A DNA stretch of 59,787 nucleotides, taken from Clostridia bacterium. GTDB lineage: Bacteria > Bacillota > Clostridia > TANB77 > CAG-508. Every line of letters starts with the position of its first letter. Within the stretch, counting starts at the first letter, position 1. The stretch covers positions 1 to 59,787 of the forward strand of contig JAZSDU010000021.1 in the NCBI GenBank assembly GCA_045531335.1, read 5' to 3'. Positions 42,487 through 53,086 of this stretch are shown here, piece by piece. Under the pieces are notes generated by a model that had not been told where the DNA came from, did not search any database, and worked only from the letters and a program-made list of their open reading frames with translations. Both the position numbers and the translations under genes were made by a program.

Positions 42487-43137
42487 TTAATAATTATTTT
42501 CCTTAAATAACTTGTTGTTATTTTTATCTACCAAATCAATTATCTTATTATTTTCTATAATAGCTAATGTTCCTACTGGTAGCTGTAATACATCTATTGC
42601 AACATCACAAATATCTTTTAATCTATATGCTTTTATTTTTACATAATCAGATGGATTATTTGTTTTTTCTTCACCAACTGCACCTAAATACCACCCGCAG
42701 TCCTTATCTTTTCTTTCTTCCCTTAACATATACAACTTACTACTTTTTAGTGATTGTTTACTAATAATCATATCATCATCATAATATGTATCTGTAACTT
42801 GATTCATAGTTTTAGTTAAATTAATAATATTAGCCTGTCTATTAAAATAATTAAGTGCAAGATTCAAATCATCAGTGAAAGTATTCAATTCTTTGTTATT
42901 TAAATCTATTGCTAATAATCTATAATCTTCTTTTTCTAAAACTATTTTATATAATAAATAACCGATCTTTACTGTTGAATTTTCTTTTATAATATTATTA
43001 GTTTTATCTTCTTGTTCTAATATATTTACAAATATTTTTACAGTCGGTTCCAACTCTCTATTATAATTTAATATAACTGTTTTATTATTTATAATATGTT
43101 TATTTCCATTCTTTTTAAATATATCAAATATTCCCAT
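42487..43137 (-). CDS. Putative immunity protein with Imm33-like C-terminus
   Basis: LYMLREE...DCGWYLG...VLQLPVG pattern. Confidence 0.6.
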   Translation of the reverse strand: MGIFDIFKKNGNKHIINNKTVILNYNRELEPTVKIFVNILEQEDKTNNIIKENSTVKIGYLLYKIVLEKEDYRLLAIDLNNKELNTFTDDLNLALNYFNRQANIINLTKTMNQVTDTYYDDDMIISKQSLKSSKLYMLREERKDKDCGWYLGAVGEEKTNNPSDYVKIKAYRLKDICDVAIDVLQLPVGTLAIIENNKIIDLVDKNNNKLFKENNY

Positions 43138-43267
43138 AGACTTAAGATTCCTTTCAACAAGTTTATTATATCATGATTTCTAATGGTTTTTATCCTGTAA
43201 TAAATAAAAAAATCAATTATTTCTGACTGACTATATATAAAACCGATTACTTCGACTAATTTTTCTA

Positions 43268-43344
<77 letters not shown>

Positions 43345-43440
43345 AGATTTTATGTACTTGTATATTATAGCTCGATTTTTAAGATTATTCAAGTAAAATT
43401 AATAAAAAGTAGAGAAACTTAATTTTCTCTACTTCTAAAA

Positions 43441-44949
43441 TTATTCTAATTCAACTGTGTCTAAACCTTGTGTTGTAGGCTCAGTTATTATTTTTCCGTG
43501 ATAATCATATCTAGAACCATGGCAAGGGCAATCCCAAGTTTTCTCTAAATTATTCCATGAAAGTTCACAACCTAGATGCTTGCAGAAAGGAACTACTGCA
43601 TGCATTTTTCCATTTTTATCTTTATATATTCCAAGTTTTTGACCTTTATAATCAACAACTCCACCACTATCATTTTCTAGTTCTGTATAAGATATTATAG
43701 GAGATGACATTTTATCAATAGCAAGGGAGTAAACAGATTGTTTAAGCATACTTAAAAATTCTTTTCCATTTTTTATTGGTTCTAATCTTGTGGCAGTATA
43801 AATTTTTTCATAAGGATTTTTTATTCCTAAAATTTTATCTGATATTATTTTTGCTGCAACATGTGAAGTTGTCATTCCCCATTTTTTGTATCCTGTTGCA
43901 ACAAACATGTTAGGTAGGAACTTTGAAAATTCTCCTATATATGGAATTTTATCTAAACTAACACAATCTTCAGTCATCCATCTATATTTAATTTTTGCTT
44001 TTGGATAAATTGATTTTATATAATTTTCTAAATTAATATAGCTACTTTCAATATCCACATTTGTATCACCAGTTTTGTGCCCAGAGCCACCTACTATTAA
44101 TAATTTTTTTCCATTTTCTAAAGGAGTATTTCTAAATGAAGTAGTAGGAGTATCACATGAAATATACATTCCATCAAAAACATCTTCTTCTAGCTCTACG
44201 CCAATAGCATAAGAAGCATCTTGATACATTTTTATAAAATACATACCAGGGAAATTCTTAATAGGATAATGGCTAGCCATAACTAAATATTTTGTAGTTA
44301 TGGTATTACCATTTACAGAGACTTCATATTTATTCTTTATGTGTTTTATATTTATAACTTTAGAATTCTCAAATAAATTTACATTTCTTTTTTCTAAAAC
44401 TTTTAACAACGAAAGTAAATATTTTCTAGGATGAAATTGTGCTTGATTTGGAAATTTTATTGCCGATTCTATTGGAAATGGAAGAGGCGATTTAGTTACA
44501 TATTCTGCTTTTAAACCAAGAGAAGTAACGCTAGACACTTCATCTACAATTTTTTGAGTATTTGATTTATCACAAGTATAAACATAAGCATCTTGTGAAA
44601 TTAAATCACAATTAATATTTTCTTCTTGAACGATATCTTTAATAGTTTTAATTGCTTCTTCATTTGAATCTAAATAACCTTTTGCAGTTTCGAATCCAAA
44701 AGTATTTAATAAATAGTCATATAAAAGACCATGTTGACTAGTAATTTTAGCAGTTGTATTTGCAGTTACACCCATTGCCATTCTATCAGCTTCAACAATT
44801 GAAATATTTAGGTTTGATTTAGAAAGCATATATGCAGTAAGTATTCCAGTAATACCACCACCAATAATTAAAACATCAGTATCTAGAGCATTTGATATAT
44901 TAGGATAATTTGTTTTTGGGGTACTTTCTACCCAATAAGATTTATTCAT
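43441..44949 (-). CDS. FAD-dependent oxidoreductase with Rieske domain (YhfW-like)
   Basis: IIGGGITG, TTAKIT, KWGMT; Rieske CKHLGC...WDCPCHGSRY. Confidence 0.92.
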   Translation of the reverse strand: MNKSYWVESTPKTNYPNISNALDTDVLIIGGGITGILTAYMLSKSNLNISIVEADRMAMGVTANTTAKITSQHGLLYDYLLNTFGFETAKGYLDSNEEAIKTIKDIVQEENINCDLISQDAYVYTCDKSNTQKIVDEVSSVTSLGLKAEYVTKSPLPFPIESAIKFPNQAQFHPRKYLLSLLKVLEKRNVNLFENSKVINIKHIKNKYEVSVNGNTITTKYLVMASHYPIKNFPGMYFIKMYQDASYAIGVELEEDVFDGMYISCDTPTTSFRNTPLENGKKLLIVGGSGHKTGDTNVDIESSYINLENYIKSIYPKAKIKYRWMTEDCVSLDKIPYIGEFSKFLPNMFVATGYKKWGMTTSHVAAKIISDKILGIKNPYEKIYTATRLEPIKNGKEFLSMLKQSVYSLAIDKMSSPIISYTELENDSGGVVDYKGQKLGIYKDKNGKMHAVVPFCKHLGCELSWNNLEKTWDCPCHGSRYDYHGKIITEPTTQGLDTVELE

Positions 44950-45019
44950 ATAATCACCAATGATATTATTACCAAAATTGGGGAAAATATAATTAAATTA
45001 TTATTAACATTTTCGTGAA

Positions 45020-45080
45020 TTTCAGGACAGTCCCAAAAAGTCTCAGACAAGCTGCTACTTTTTAGGGACAGTCCCTGGAA
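45020..45080. repeat. Inverted pair of GGGACAGTCCC-type palindromic repeats
   Basis: CAGGACAGTCCCAAAAAGT ... ACTTTTTAGGGACAGTCCCTG; core related to the hairpin at 58205-58278. Confidence 0.55.
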
Positions 45081-45179
45081 ATTCCCTCTTACAAATTACA
45101 ATTTATACAATTAATTAATTGCAAAAGAAATATATTAATGTTATACTTTCCATAGATAAATTTGAAAAGGATGAATGTA

Positions 45180-46220
45180 ATGGAAGAGAATAAAAAATTA
45201 AATGAATTTTTAGAGAAAAATAAAAAATCACATTTTTTACAATCACCTGAATGGGCTAAGCTTAAATCAGAATGGAAACATGAGATGATTGTTATAGAAG
45301 AAAATGATAAAATTAAAGGTGCAATGAGTGTACTTTTAAGAAAAGTACCAGTTTTTAATAGATATATCATGTATGCTCCAAGAGGATTTGTATGTGATGA
45401 GCATGATAAAGAAACATTACAAAAATTAACTGAGAAAGCAAAAGAAATTGCAAAAAACTATAAAGCATTTATATTTAGACTTGATCCGGATATTTCTAAT
45501 GAAGATGAGGAGTTCAAGAAAATAGCTGAAGAAGTAGGATATAAATTAAAGAAAAACATAAAAGATATAGACCAAGTTATTCAACCTAAATATGTATTTA
45601 GATTAGATTTATCAAATAAGACAGAAGATGAGTTACTTGCATCATTTAACCAAAAAACAAGATATAATATAAGACTTGCTATTAAAAAAGGTGTGCAAGT
45701 AAGAACAGGAACAAAAGAAGATTTAGAAACTTTTTATAACATTATGAAAGAAACAGGCGCAAGAGATGATTTCTTTATAAGACCACTTGCATATTTTGAG
45801 AAACTTTATGACTGCATGGGACCAAACAAACATGTAAAATTAATAATAGCTGAGCATGAAGGAAATCCAATTGCAGCAGTTATGCCAATAATGTATGGAA
45901 ATAAAGTTTGGTATTTATATGGGGGAAGCTCAAATAAATATAGAAATCTAATGCCAAATTATTTATTACAATTTGAAATGATGAAATGGGGATTAGAAAA
46001 CAATTGTGATATCTATGATTTTAGAGGAGTATCAGGATTTAAAAATGAAAATGACCCACAATACGGAGTATATAGATTCAAAAAAGGATTTAATCCTGAA
46101 TTTGTAGAATTCGTAAATGAATTATATATAGTATTTAATCCATTCATGAATTTCATATTTAATGTTAGTGAGAAATGTTATAAAACATTAAGTAGTATAA
46201 AAAATAAATTTAAAAAGTAA
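45180..46220 (+). CDS. FemABX-family peptidoglycan aminoacyltransferase
   Basis: HFLQSPEW, YAPRG, KTRYNIR, YLYGGS, YDFRG, GVYRFKKGF. Start moved to ATG 45180. Confidence 0.92.
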   Translation: MEENKKLNEFLEKNKKSHFLQSPEWAKLKSEWKHEMIVIEENDKIKGAMSVLLRKVPVFNRYIMYAPRGFVCDEHDKETLQKLTEKAKEIAKNYKAFIFRLDPDISNEDEEFKKIAEEVGYKLKKNIKDIDQVIQPKYVFRLDLSNKTEDELLASFNQKTRYNIRLAIKKGVQVRTGTKEDLETFYNIMKETGARDDFFIRPLAYFEKLYDCMGPNKHVKLIIAEHEGNPIAAVMPIMYGNKVWYLYGGSSNKYRNLMPNYLLQFEMMKWGLENNCDIYDFRGVSGFKNENDPQYGVYRFKKGFNPEFVEFVNELYIVFNPFMNFIFNVSEKCYKTLSSIKNKFKK

Positions 46221-46284
46221 AGTATAAAACACTTTAAATGTTATATAAAAATAATGTTTAAAGTGTTTTTGTGATAAAAAACAC

Positions 46285-46313
46285 TTGCAAACAAAACAAA
46301 TGTTTGATACAAT
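46285..46313 (+). promoter_or_regulatory. dinD promoter with possible degenerate LexA box
   Basis: TTGCAA-17 nt-TACAAT with AAAC-AAAT-GTTT (46294-46305) in the spacer; the Firmicute SOS box is GAAC-N4-GTTC. Confidence 0.45.
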
Positions 46314-46352
46314 ATTAAGAATTTAATTTATTATATTATAAGGAGGAACACA

Positions 46353-47216
46353 ATGAGTGAAAATGAATTAATATTAAGAACAGAAAAAACATTTGAAGAA
46401 ATAAAGCATATTGATCAGAATGGAATTGAATTTTGGTATGCAAGAGAATTGATGATTTCATTGGGGTATTCTAGTTGGGATAAATTTAAAAGTGTAATTC
46501 AAAAAGCTATGGTATCTTGCGAAAATAGCCAAATGAGTGCAGAAACATGTTTTTCCCGATTAGGAAAAACATATCAAATGCCTAATGGAGGAGAAAAATA
46601 TATAGATGATTATGATTATAAACTTAATCGTTATGCATGTTATTTAATTGCGCAAAATGGGTCACCGAGTAAAAAACAGATTGCTTTAGCTCAAACTTAT
46701 TTTGCAGTTAAAACTAGACAACAAGAAGTAACAGAAGAACAATACAAACAATTATCAGAAGATGATAGAAGAATGTATAACAGAAATTTAGCTAAAGCTA
46801 AAAATTCTGATTTGTTTGATGTTGCACAAAAATCAGGTGTTGAAAATTTTGGGAAATTTAATAATGCTGGCTATTTAGGTTTATATAATGAAACTGCCTC
46901 TCAAATAAAGAATAGGAAAGGGTTGAAAAAAGGACAAGAGATATTAGATTATATGGGAAGCGAAGAGCTAGGTGCTAATATATTTAGAATAACCCAAACA
47001 GAAGCTAAATTAAAAAAATCTGATATTAGAAATGAGGAATTAGCTTGCCAAACTCACAATTATGTTGGAAAAGCCGTAAGAAGAGCAATTAAAGAAGTTG
47101 GCGGTACTATGCCAGAAGATTTACCGACTCCAAAAAAGAGTATAAAGGAATTAGAAAAAGAAAGAAAAAGTAAATTAAAATTATCAAATAAGGATATGAA
47201 AAAACTAAAAGAATAA
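46353..47216 (+). CDS. dinD: DNA-damage-inducible protein D (Bro-N-like)
   Basis: FEEIKH..EFWYAREL, RYACYLIAQNG, AQTYFA, ILDYMGSEELGANIFR, GGTMPEDLP. Confidence 0.9.
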   Translation: MSENELILRTEKTFEEIKHIDQNGIEFWYARELMISLGYSSWDKFKSVIQKAMVSCENSQMSAETCFSRLGKTYQMPNGGEKYIDDYDYKLNRYACYLIAQNGSPSKKQIALAQTYFAVKTRQQEVTEEQYKQLSEDDRRMYNRNLAKAKNSDLFDVAQKSGVENFGKFNNAGYLGLYNETASQIKNRKGLKKGQEILDYMGSEELGANIFRITQTEAKLKKSDIRNEELACQTHNYVGKAVRRAIKEVGGTMPEDLPTPKKSIKELEKERKSKLKLSNKDMKKLKE

Positions 47217-47380
47217 TAAAACTTGAAATTTACATAATTTTATATTATAATAAATAAAGCGTTAAATTTAAAATACGCGCTCTTATTTTTTCACTAGAAA
47301 GAGATTTATATTTAGGTCAGATAAATATAATCTCAAATGTCAGCTATTTTGTAAAAAAATTTTTAAAGAGGTGAAATATT

Positions 47381-48094
47381 GTGAAATACTTTATGGACTT
47401 TGGAGGTCTATCAGCTGAAACAATAACAAGCATTGCTAAGGAGTCAACAGACAGTGGCCTTTTGGATGAAATGGTAAAAGAAGAGTTGCGGAAATATGGA
47501 ACTGCAATAGGAGAAGAAGCTATTAACAAGATTGTTAAGGTTTTATGTGCAATATCTGAAAATATTTCTACGAAAAAAGAAACTTTAGATGAACTTTCAA
47601 GTTTTCCACATTCAAAAGTAAGATGTTCTGTTGCAAGTAATATCATAATTTTGAAAAAAACCATCAAGAAATTATCTAAAGATTCTGCTAGAGAGGTAAG
47701 AATGACAGTTGCTGTTACTAAATATGAAGAAAGTCATCAAGATATATTGCAACAAATCATGAAAGAAAATTATCATGATACTGATATGATTTTACGTATG
47801 GTGCAGTGGTCAGATCCGGGGCAAGAAATTTTGGAACAACTTATACATTATCAAAGAAATACTAAAGATGATTGTGCATGTTTGGCAAGAAAATATGTTG
47901 CCCAAAAACTTACTAATCCAGAAAAATTAGATGAAATGTATGATGATTTCGATTGGGTTGTTAAGAGTCAAGTTATAAATAATCCTAATACTTACAAAAA
48001 AACTATTATTAAGATGAAAGAAAATTTAAAAGAAGAAGATGATGGATATCGCCATGTAAAAAGTGAAATTCAGGATAAACTCCAAGAAAGTTAA
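47381..48094 (+). CDS. Hypothetical helical-repeat protein; contains an in-frame CGG at 47489
   Basis: GTG start with GAGGTG RBS; LRV/HEAT-like units (VRCSVASN, VRMTVA, VKSQVINNPNT). Confidence 0.65.
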   Translation: MKYFMDFGGLSAETITSIAKESTDSGLLDEMVKEELRKYGTAIGEEAINKIVKVLCAISENISTKKETLDELSSFPHSKVRCSVASNIIILKKTIKKLSKDSAREVRMTVAVTKYEESHQDILQQIMKENYHDTDMILRMVQWSDPGQEILEQLIHYQRNTKDDCACLARKYVAQKLTNPEKLDEMYDDFDWVVKSQVINNPNTYKKTIIKMKENLKEEDDGYRHVKSEIQDKLQES

Positions 48095-48185
48095 TTCACA
48101 ATAAGGAGGGAACGATGTTTCCTCCTTTGCTATATAAATAAATTAATATATAATAAATCCCTTTACATTTAATGTAAAGGGTTTT

Positions 48186-48262
<77 letters not shown>

Positions 48263-48301
48263 ATGTTCATTAGAACGAATAATATAATAACACATTTTTT
48301 T

Positions 48302-48910
48302 TTAATAGTCAAGGAAAAAATTTAATATTCCTAAAAAACCAAAAATCAAGAACAAAATTCCAGAAAGTTTTTGCATAATATTTTCAGGTATTTTATGTGA
48401 TAATGCTTTCCCAAATATTATAGCAATTAGGTCACTTATAATCATTCCAGCAATTGCTCCACATATAAGAGAAACCTTATGCAGAGAATATTCAATACCT
48501 AAACCAATAGATGCAAGAAATGTTTTGTCTCCTAATTCACCTATAGCTATTGTAAGTGCAATAAAAAATATATAACTTAAATTACTTTTTAAATTCTTTT
48601 TAGTATGTTCTTTAGAATCTTCCTCATTTTTATTAGATTTTATTAATGTAATTATTCCAAAAATAATAAAAGATAAATATGTAATTATTTTTAAACCATA
48701 TTGAAATGTTAGATTTTCGATATTTCCTAAAAAACTTCCAAAAACAATGGCGGTTCCATGACTAAGCAAAGAGCCTAGGCCTACCCCTAACAAAATTGTG
48801 CTTGCTTTTAATTTTGACGAGAAAGATAAAACTAGTAGCTGAGTTTTATCACCAAGTTCAGATACAAATATTAAAAGAAATGCAATTATAAAAGGATAAA
48901 TAAAATTCAT
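48302..48910 (-). CDS. TMEM165/GDT1 (UPF0016) Mn2+/Ca2+ transporter
   Basis: Two ELGDKT motifs. Start moved to ATG 48910 after AGGTG. Confidence 0.92.
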   Translation of the reverse strand: MNFIYPFIIAFLLIFVSELGDKTQLLVLSFSSKLKASTILLGVGLGSLLSHGTAIVFGSFLGNIENLTFQYGLKIITYLSFIIFGIITLIKSNKNEEDSKEHTKKNLKSNLSYIFFIALTIAIGELGDKTFLASIGLGIEYSLHKVSLICGAIAGMIISDLIAIIFGKALSHKIPENIMQKLSGILFLIFGFLGILNFFLDY

Positions 48911-48995
48911 ATTATCACCTAAAAAAATATATTCTAAAATCCTATTAATATTCCTTAATAAAGGGCATAAATATATCATATAGAAAGGAATTTAT

Positions 48996-50027
48996 ATGGT
49001 AGGAATTAATATAAAAAATATTTACAAAATTACTTTTGTTATTATAGGTACAATAATAGGAGCTGGTTTTGCATCAGGACAGGAAATATATACATTTTTT
49101 AACAAGTATGGATTTGAAGGATTAATTGGAATTTGTATATCAATTTCTTTAATGTCATATATAATTTATAAAACATTTAAAATTATTATAGAAAATAATA
49201 TTAATAGTTATGAGGATTTTATAACAATAATTATGCCAGAAAGATTTAGAAAAAATAAAATTATAAATCATACTATAAATAATATTATAAATATATTTCT
49301 TTTAATATGTTTTAATATAATGGTAGCGGGATTTGCAACATATTTTGTTCAAGAACTAAACATCTCAAAATGGATTGGAGCAATAGTAATTATAATTTTA
49401 ACTTTTATTACTTTATCAAATAGTATTAATGGAGTAATAAAAATAAACACTTATTTAATACCGATTATAATTTTGCTAATTGTTTTTTTAGGAATAAATA
49501 AAATTAAAAACACACAAATCGTTTCAATAGAAAATAAAAGTTCATTATACTGGATTGTAAGTAGCATTTTATATGCAAGTTATAATAGCATAACACTTAT
49601 TCCAATATTAATAAGTCTAAAGAGACAATTAAGTACAAAAAAAGAAACAGTTTTAATTAGTTTTTTAGTAGGCACTATTATGCTTACTTTGTCAGTAATT
49701 ATATTTTTACTTATGAATACTTATATAAAAGAAATAGAGCAAATTGAGATACCAATTGTGTATATAGCAAGTACACTAGGGAAAAGTTTTAAATATATTT
49801 ATGGTATAGTTATATTAATAGCAATATTTACAACAGCAATTGGTTCAGGATATGGATTCTTAAGCAATGTTACTAAAAAAAGAAAAACCTACATGCTATG
49901 TGCTGGAGCAATGTGTATTGGTGCTATATTTATGGGTCAAATAAGTTTTTCAAATTTAATAAATATTTTATACCCTGTTTTTGGGTATCTAGGAATTGCT
50001 CAAATAATTTTTTTAATAAAGAGATAA
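48996..50027 (+). CDS. YkvI-family membrane protein
   Basis: IGTIIGAGFASGQEI..FF, YASYN, AIFTT, LYPVFGYLG. Confidence 0.85.
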   Translation: MVGINIKNIYKITFVIIGTIIGAGFASGQEIYTFFNKYGFEGLIGICISISLMSYIIYKTFKIIIENNINSYEDFITIIMPERFRKNKIINHTINNIINIFLLICFNIMVAGFATYFVQELNISKWIGAIVIIILTFITLSNSINGVIKINTYLIPIIILLIVFLGINKIKNTQIVSIENKSSLYWIVSSILYASYNSITLIPILISLKRQLSTKKETVLISFLVGTIMLTLSVIIFLLMNTYIKEIEQIEIPIVYIASTLGKSFKYIYGIVILIAIFTTAIGSGYGFLSNVTKKRKTYMLCAGAMCIGAIFMGQISFSNLINILYPVFGYLGIAQIIFLIKR

Positions 50028-50101
50028 AACACCTTGAAAAAGAAGTATGGTTTTGATATAAATAAAATAGAAAAATAAAACATATAGAAAAGGTGTAATT
50101 T

Positions 50102-51308
50102 ATGAAATATTATATGTTTAATGGAATGTCTCGGAAAAGGTAACAAAATCAAACCTAAAAAAGAATTGAACAAGAAAAAAATATGGAAATTAGCAATTAT
50201 TATAATTTTTACAATTTTATTTATAGCATTTGCTGTTCTGTATACCAAGAATTATGAATTTAGGAATTTCTTTGACAAATATATTTTTAGAAAAGAAGTT
50301 TACTCAGATAATCTTTCTTATATACAAGTAGATTCTTCAAAAAACATAAATGCATTTGCATATAGTAAATACATTGTAATTTTAGATCAAAACCAATTAA
50401 AAATATATAACAAATACGGAAACGAAGAACATATTTTAGATGTAGAAATATCAAACCCAATATTTGAGGCAAATGATGAGTACCTATGCATAGCAGAAAA
50501 AGGTGGGCAAAAGATATATTTAATATCAAATAAAAATATAGTATGGCAGAAAGAAATTGAAGGAAATATTTCTAATATAAACATCAATAAAAATGGATAT
50601 GTTTCAGCAATAATATCTGGAACAAGTTATAAATCTGTAGTACAAATATTTGATTCAAAAGGAAATTATCTATTTAAAAAATATTTAGCTGCAACAAACG
50701 TTATAGATACAGATATATCAAATGATAATAAATATTTAGCAATAGCAGAGGCGAATTTTTCTGGAATTGTAGTTCAATCTAATATAAAAGTTATATCAAT
50801 TCAAGAAGCGCAAAACAATTCTGCAGAATCGATAAAGTACACATATATTGCAAATCCAGATGATTTAATAATAAATATAAAATATAATAACAAAAATGAA
50901 CTTATATGTATGTATGATACACATATAGACTTGTTAAAAGAAAATCAATCTACAGAATTAATAGACTTTGAAGATGAGAATTTATTATTTGCTGACATAA
51001 ACTTATCAAATAAATTCATGAAGATTATTCAAAAGAATGAAGGTATATTAAATTCAGAAATAGAATTACAAATAATAAATAGCAATAACCAAAATGTAAA
51101 TACATGTAAAGTAGAAAATACACCTAAAAAAGTGTATATACAAGATGATATGATTGCAATAAATTTGGGAACAAGTGTATTGTTTGTTAATGATAGTGGA
51201 TGGCTAGTGAAGAAATATCAATCAAATGAGGAAGTTCAAAAAATTGTTTTATGTAATGATATAGCAGGTATAATTTGCAAAGACAAAATAAAAATTATAT
51301 CTTTGTAA
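50102..51308 (+). CDS. DUF5711-like membrane-anchored beta-propeller protein; probable +1 shift at CGG 50132 (about 401 aa)
   Basis: RBS AAAGGTG precedes ATG 50102, whose frame reads MKYYMFNGMS-CGG then stops; skipping C50132 enters the long ORF. The alternative ATG 50121 has no clear RBS. Confidence 0.7.
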
Positions 51309-51325
51309 TAAAGGGGGAGGAATAT

Positions 51326-51947
51326 ATGTCAATTGTAATTGATTTAATATTAATAGGAATAATTGCACTATTTACATTTTTAGGATATAGACAAGGCCTA
51401 GTTAAAGCAGCAATAAAGATTCTATCATTTTTTATCGCAATAGTAGTGGCATTAGCTATATATAAACCAGTAAGTGGAATAATTGTTAATAATACAAAAA
51501 TAGATGATAATATAAAAAATGCAATTGTAGAGAAAATAGGAACTCAAAATTCTGATGGAAACCAAGAGGTGAAAATAGAAGATAACTTGACTAGTAAAAT
51601 AGTGGGAGAAGTTAACAGTACAATTGATGGAGTAGCAACTGCATTTTCAATTAAATTAATAGAGACTGCTACATTATTGTTAATATTTATATTAATAAGA
51701 ATAGCTTTAAGGTTTGTAACAATTCTCACAGATTTAATAACAAAACTACCATTAATAAAACAAATTAATAAATTGCGGAGGAACAGCATATGGCTTAATA
51801 AAAGGAGTTCTTATTGTATATGTAATATTAGCAATTGTTTATTTGATATCACCTATGATGAAACAAGACCAATTAAGAACTATTGATAATTCAATTGTTA
51901 CAAAAACATTATATAATAATAATATAATATTAAATATTGTTGCTTAG
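51326..51947 (+). CDS. cvpA: CvpA-family membrane protein; needs +1 shift at CGG 51776 (about 206 aa)
   Basis: IDLILI..GYRQGLV; skipping C51776 gives the family-typical INKLGGTAYGLIKG and a final TM, ending TAG 51945-51947. Confidence 0.85.
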
Positions 51948-52040
51948 AACAAAATTAAAAAAATAGATATAAATGTTGCCATTTATATCTATTTTTGTTA
52001 TACTAATAAATGCGTTATTAAAATAGGAGTGATTATAAAA

Positions 52041-53033
52041 ATGGGAAAACATGAAGAAATTAAAGTAAAAAAAGATACAAAAAAAGCAAATAGAAAGAAA
52101 AAACGTATAGGATTAAAAATACTTATTTTTATATTAATAGTTTTAGCAATATTAGGAGGAATGTTTGCAAAAAGAGTACATGATTTAGATGGAAATTGGA
52201 TTGCTGCATTATTTGGACACAATAAAAACACTTTAGAAAATTTGGACAAGTTATACGTACTAGCAGTGGGCAAAAGTCAGGGAATGACTGATACAATAAT
52301 AATATGTTCATATGATCCTAAGACACAAGAAGCTTCAATGCTTTCAATACCAAGAGATACATTCATAGGTGATAGCGAATATAGAGCTTCAGTATATGAT
52401 AAAATAAATTCAGTATATAGTAATGATGGAATTGAAGAAACATTGAATGAAGTAAATGAATTAACTGGACTAGATATAAAAAATTACGTGCTAATTGATA
52501 CTAAAGCATTGGTAGAGCTAGTAGATGCTATAGGTGGAGTTGAGTTTAATGTACCTATGGATATGAAATATGATGATTATTCACAAGAATTGCATGTTAA
52601 TTTAAAAGAAGGTTGGCAAACATTAAATGGAGATCAAGTAGAACAACTTGTTAGATTTAGACATAATGCCGATGGTTCTACATATTCATATGAATATGGA
52701 ATGGAAGACTTCGGTAGAATGAGAACACAAAGAGAAGTAATTATGGCTATTGCAAAACAAACGATTCAACTTAAAAATGTAAAAGAAATAGGAAATATAT
52801 TAGATATAACAGAAAGATATGTTGAAACAAATATGAATTTTGCTAGCTTAAAAGATTATATTCCATATGCAATAAATATGAATACAGACAATATAAAAGC
52901 AGAACAATTACCAGGACAAGCAGAATATATAAATGGAATATCATTTTTCTTAGCTGATGAGGAAGAGACTGAAATAATGATTGATGAATTGTTTAAAGGA
53001 ATAACTGTTCAAGATACAACAGAGGAACAATAA
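52041..53033 (+). CDS. LytR-CpsA-Psr (LCP) family protein
   Basis: TDTII, LSIPRDT, KIN, VDAIGGV, VRFRH, DFGRMRTQ. Confidence 0.92.
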   Translation: MGKHEEIKVKKDTKKANRKKKRIGLKILIFILIVLAILGGMFAKRVHDLDGNWIAALFGHNKNTLENLDKLYVLAVGKSQGMTDTIIICSYDPKTQEASMLSIPRDTFIGDSEYRASVYDKINSVYSNDGIEETLNEVNELTGLDIKNYVLIDTKALVELVDAIGGVEFNVPMDMKYDDYSQELHVNLKEGWQTLNGDQVEQLVRFRHNADGSTYSYEYGMEDFGRMRTQREVIMAIAKQTIQLKNVKEIGNILDITERYVETNMNFASLKDYIPYAINMNTDNIKAEQLPGQAEYINGISFFLADEEETEIMIDELFKGITVQDTTEEQ

Positions 53034-53086
53034 AAATATATAATAAAAATGGGGGCTTTTTACAGCTCCCATTTTAAGTATTTTAA

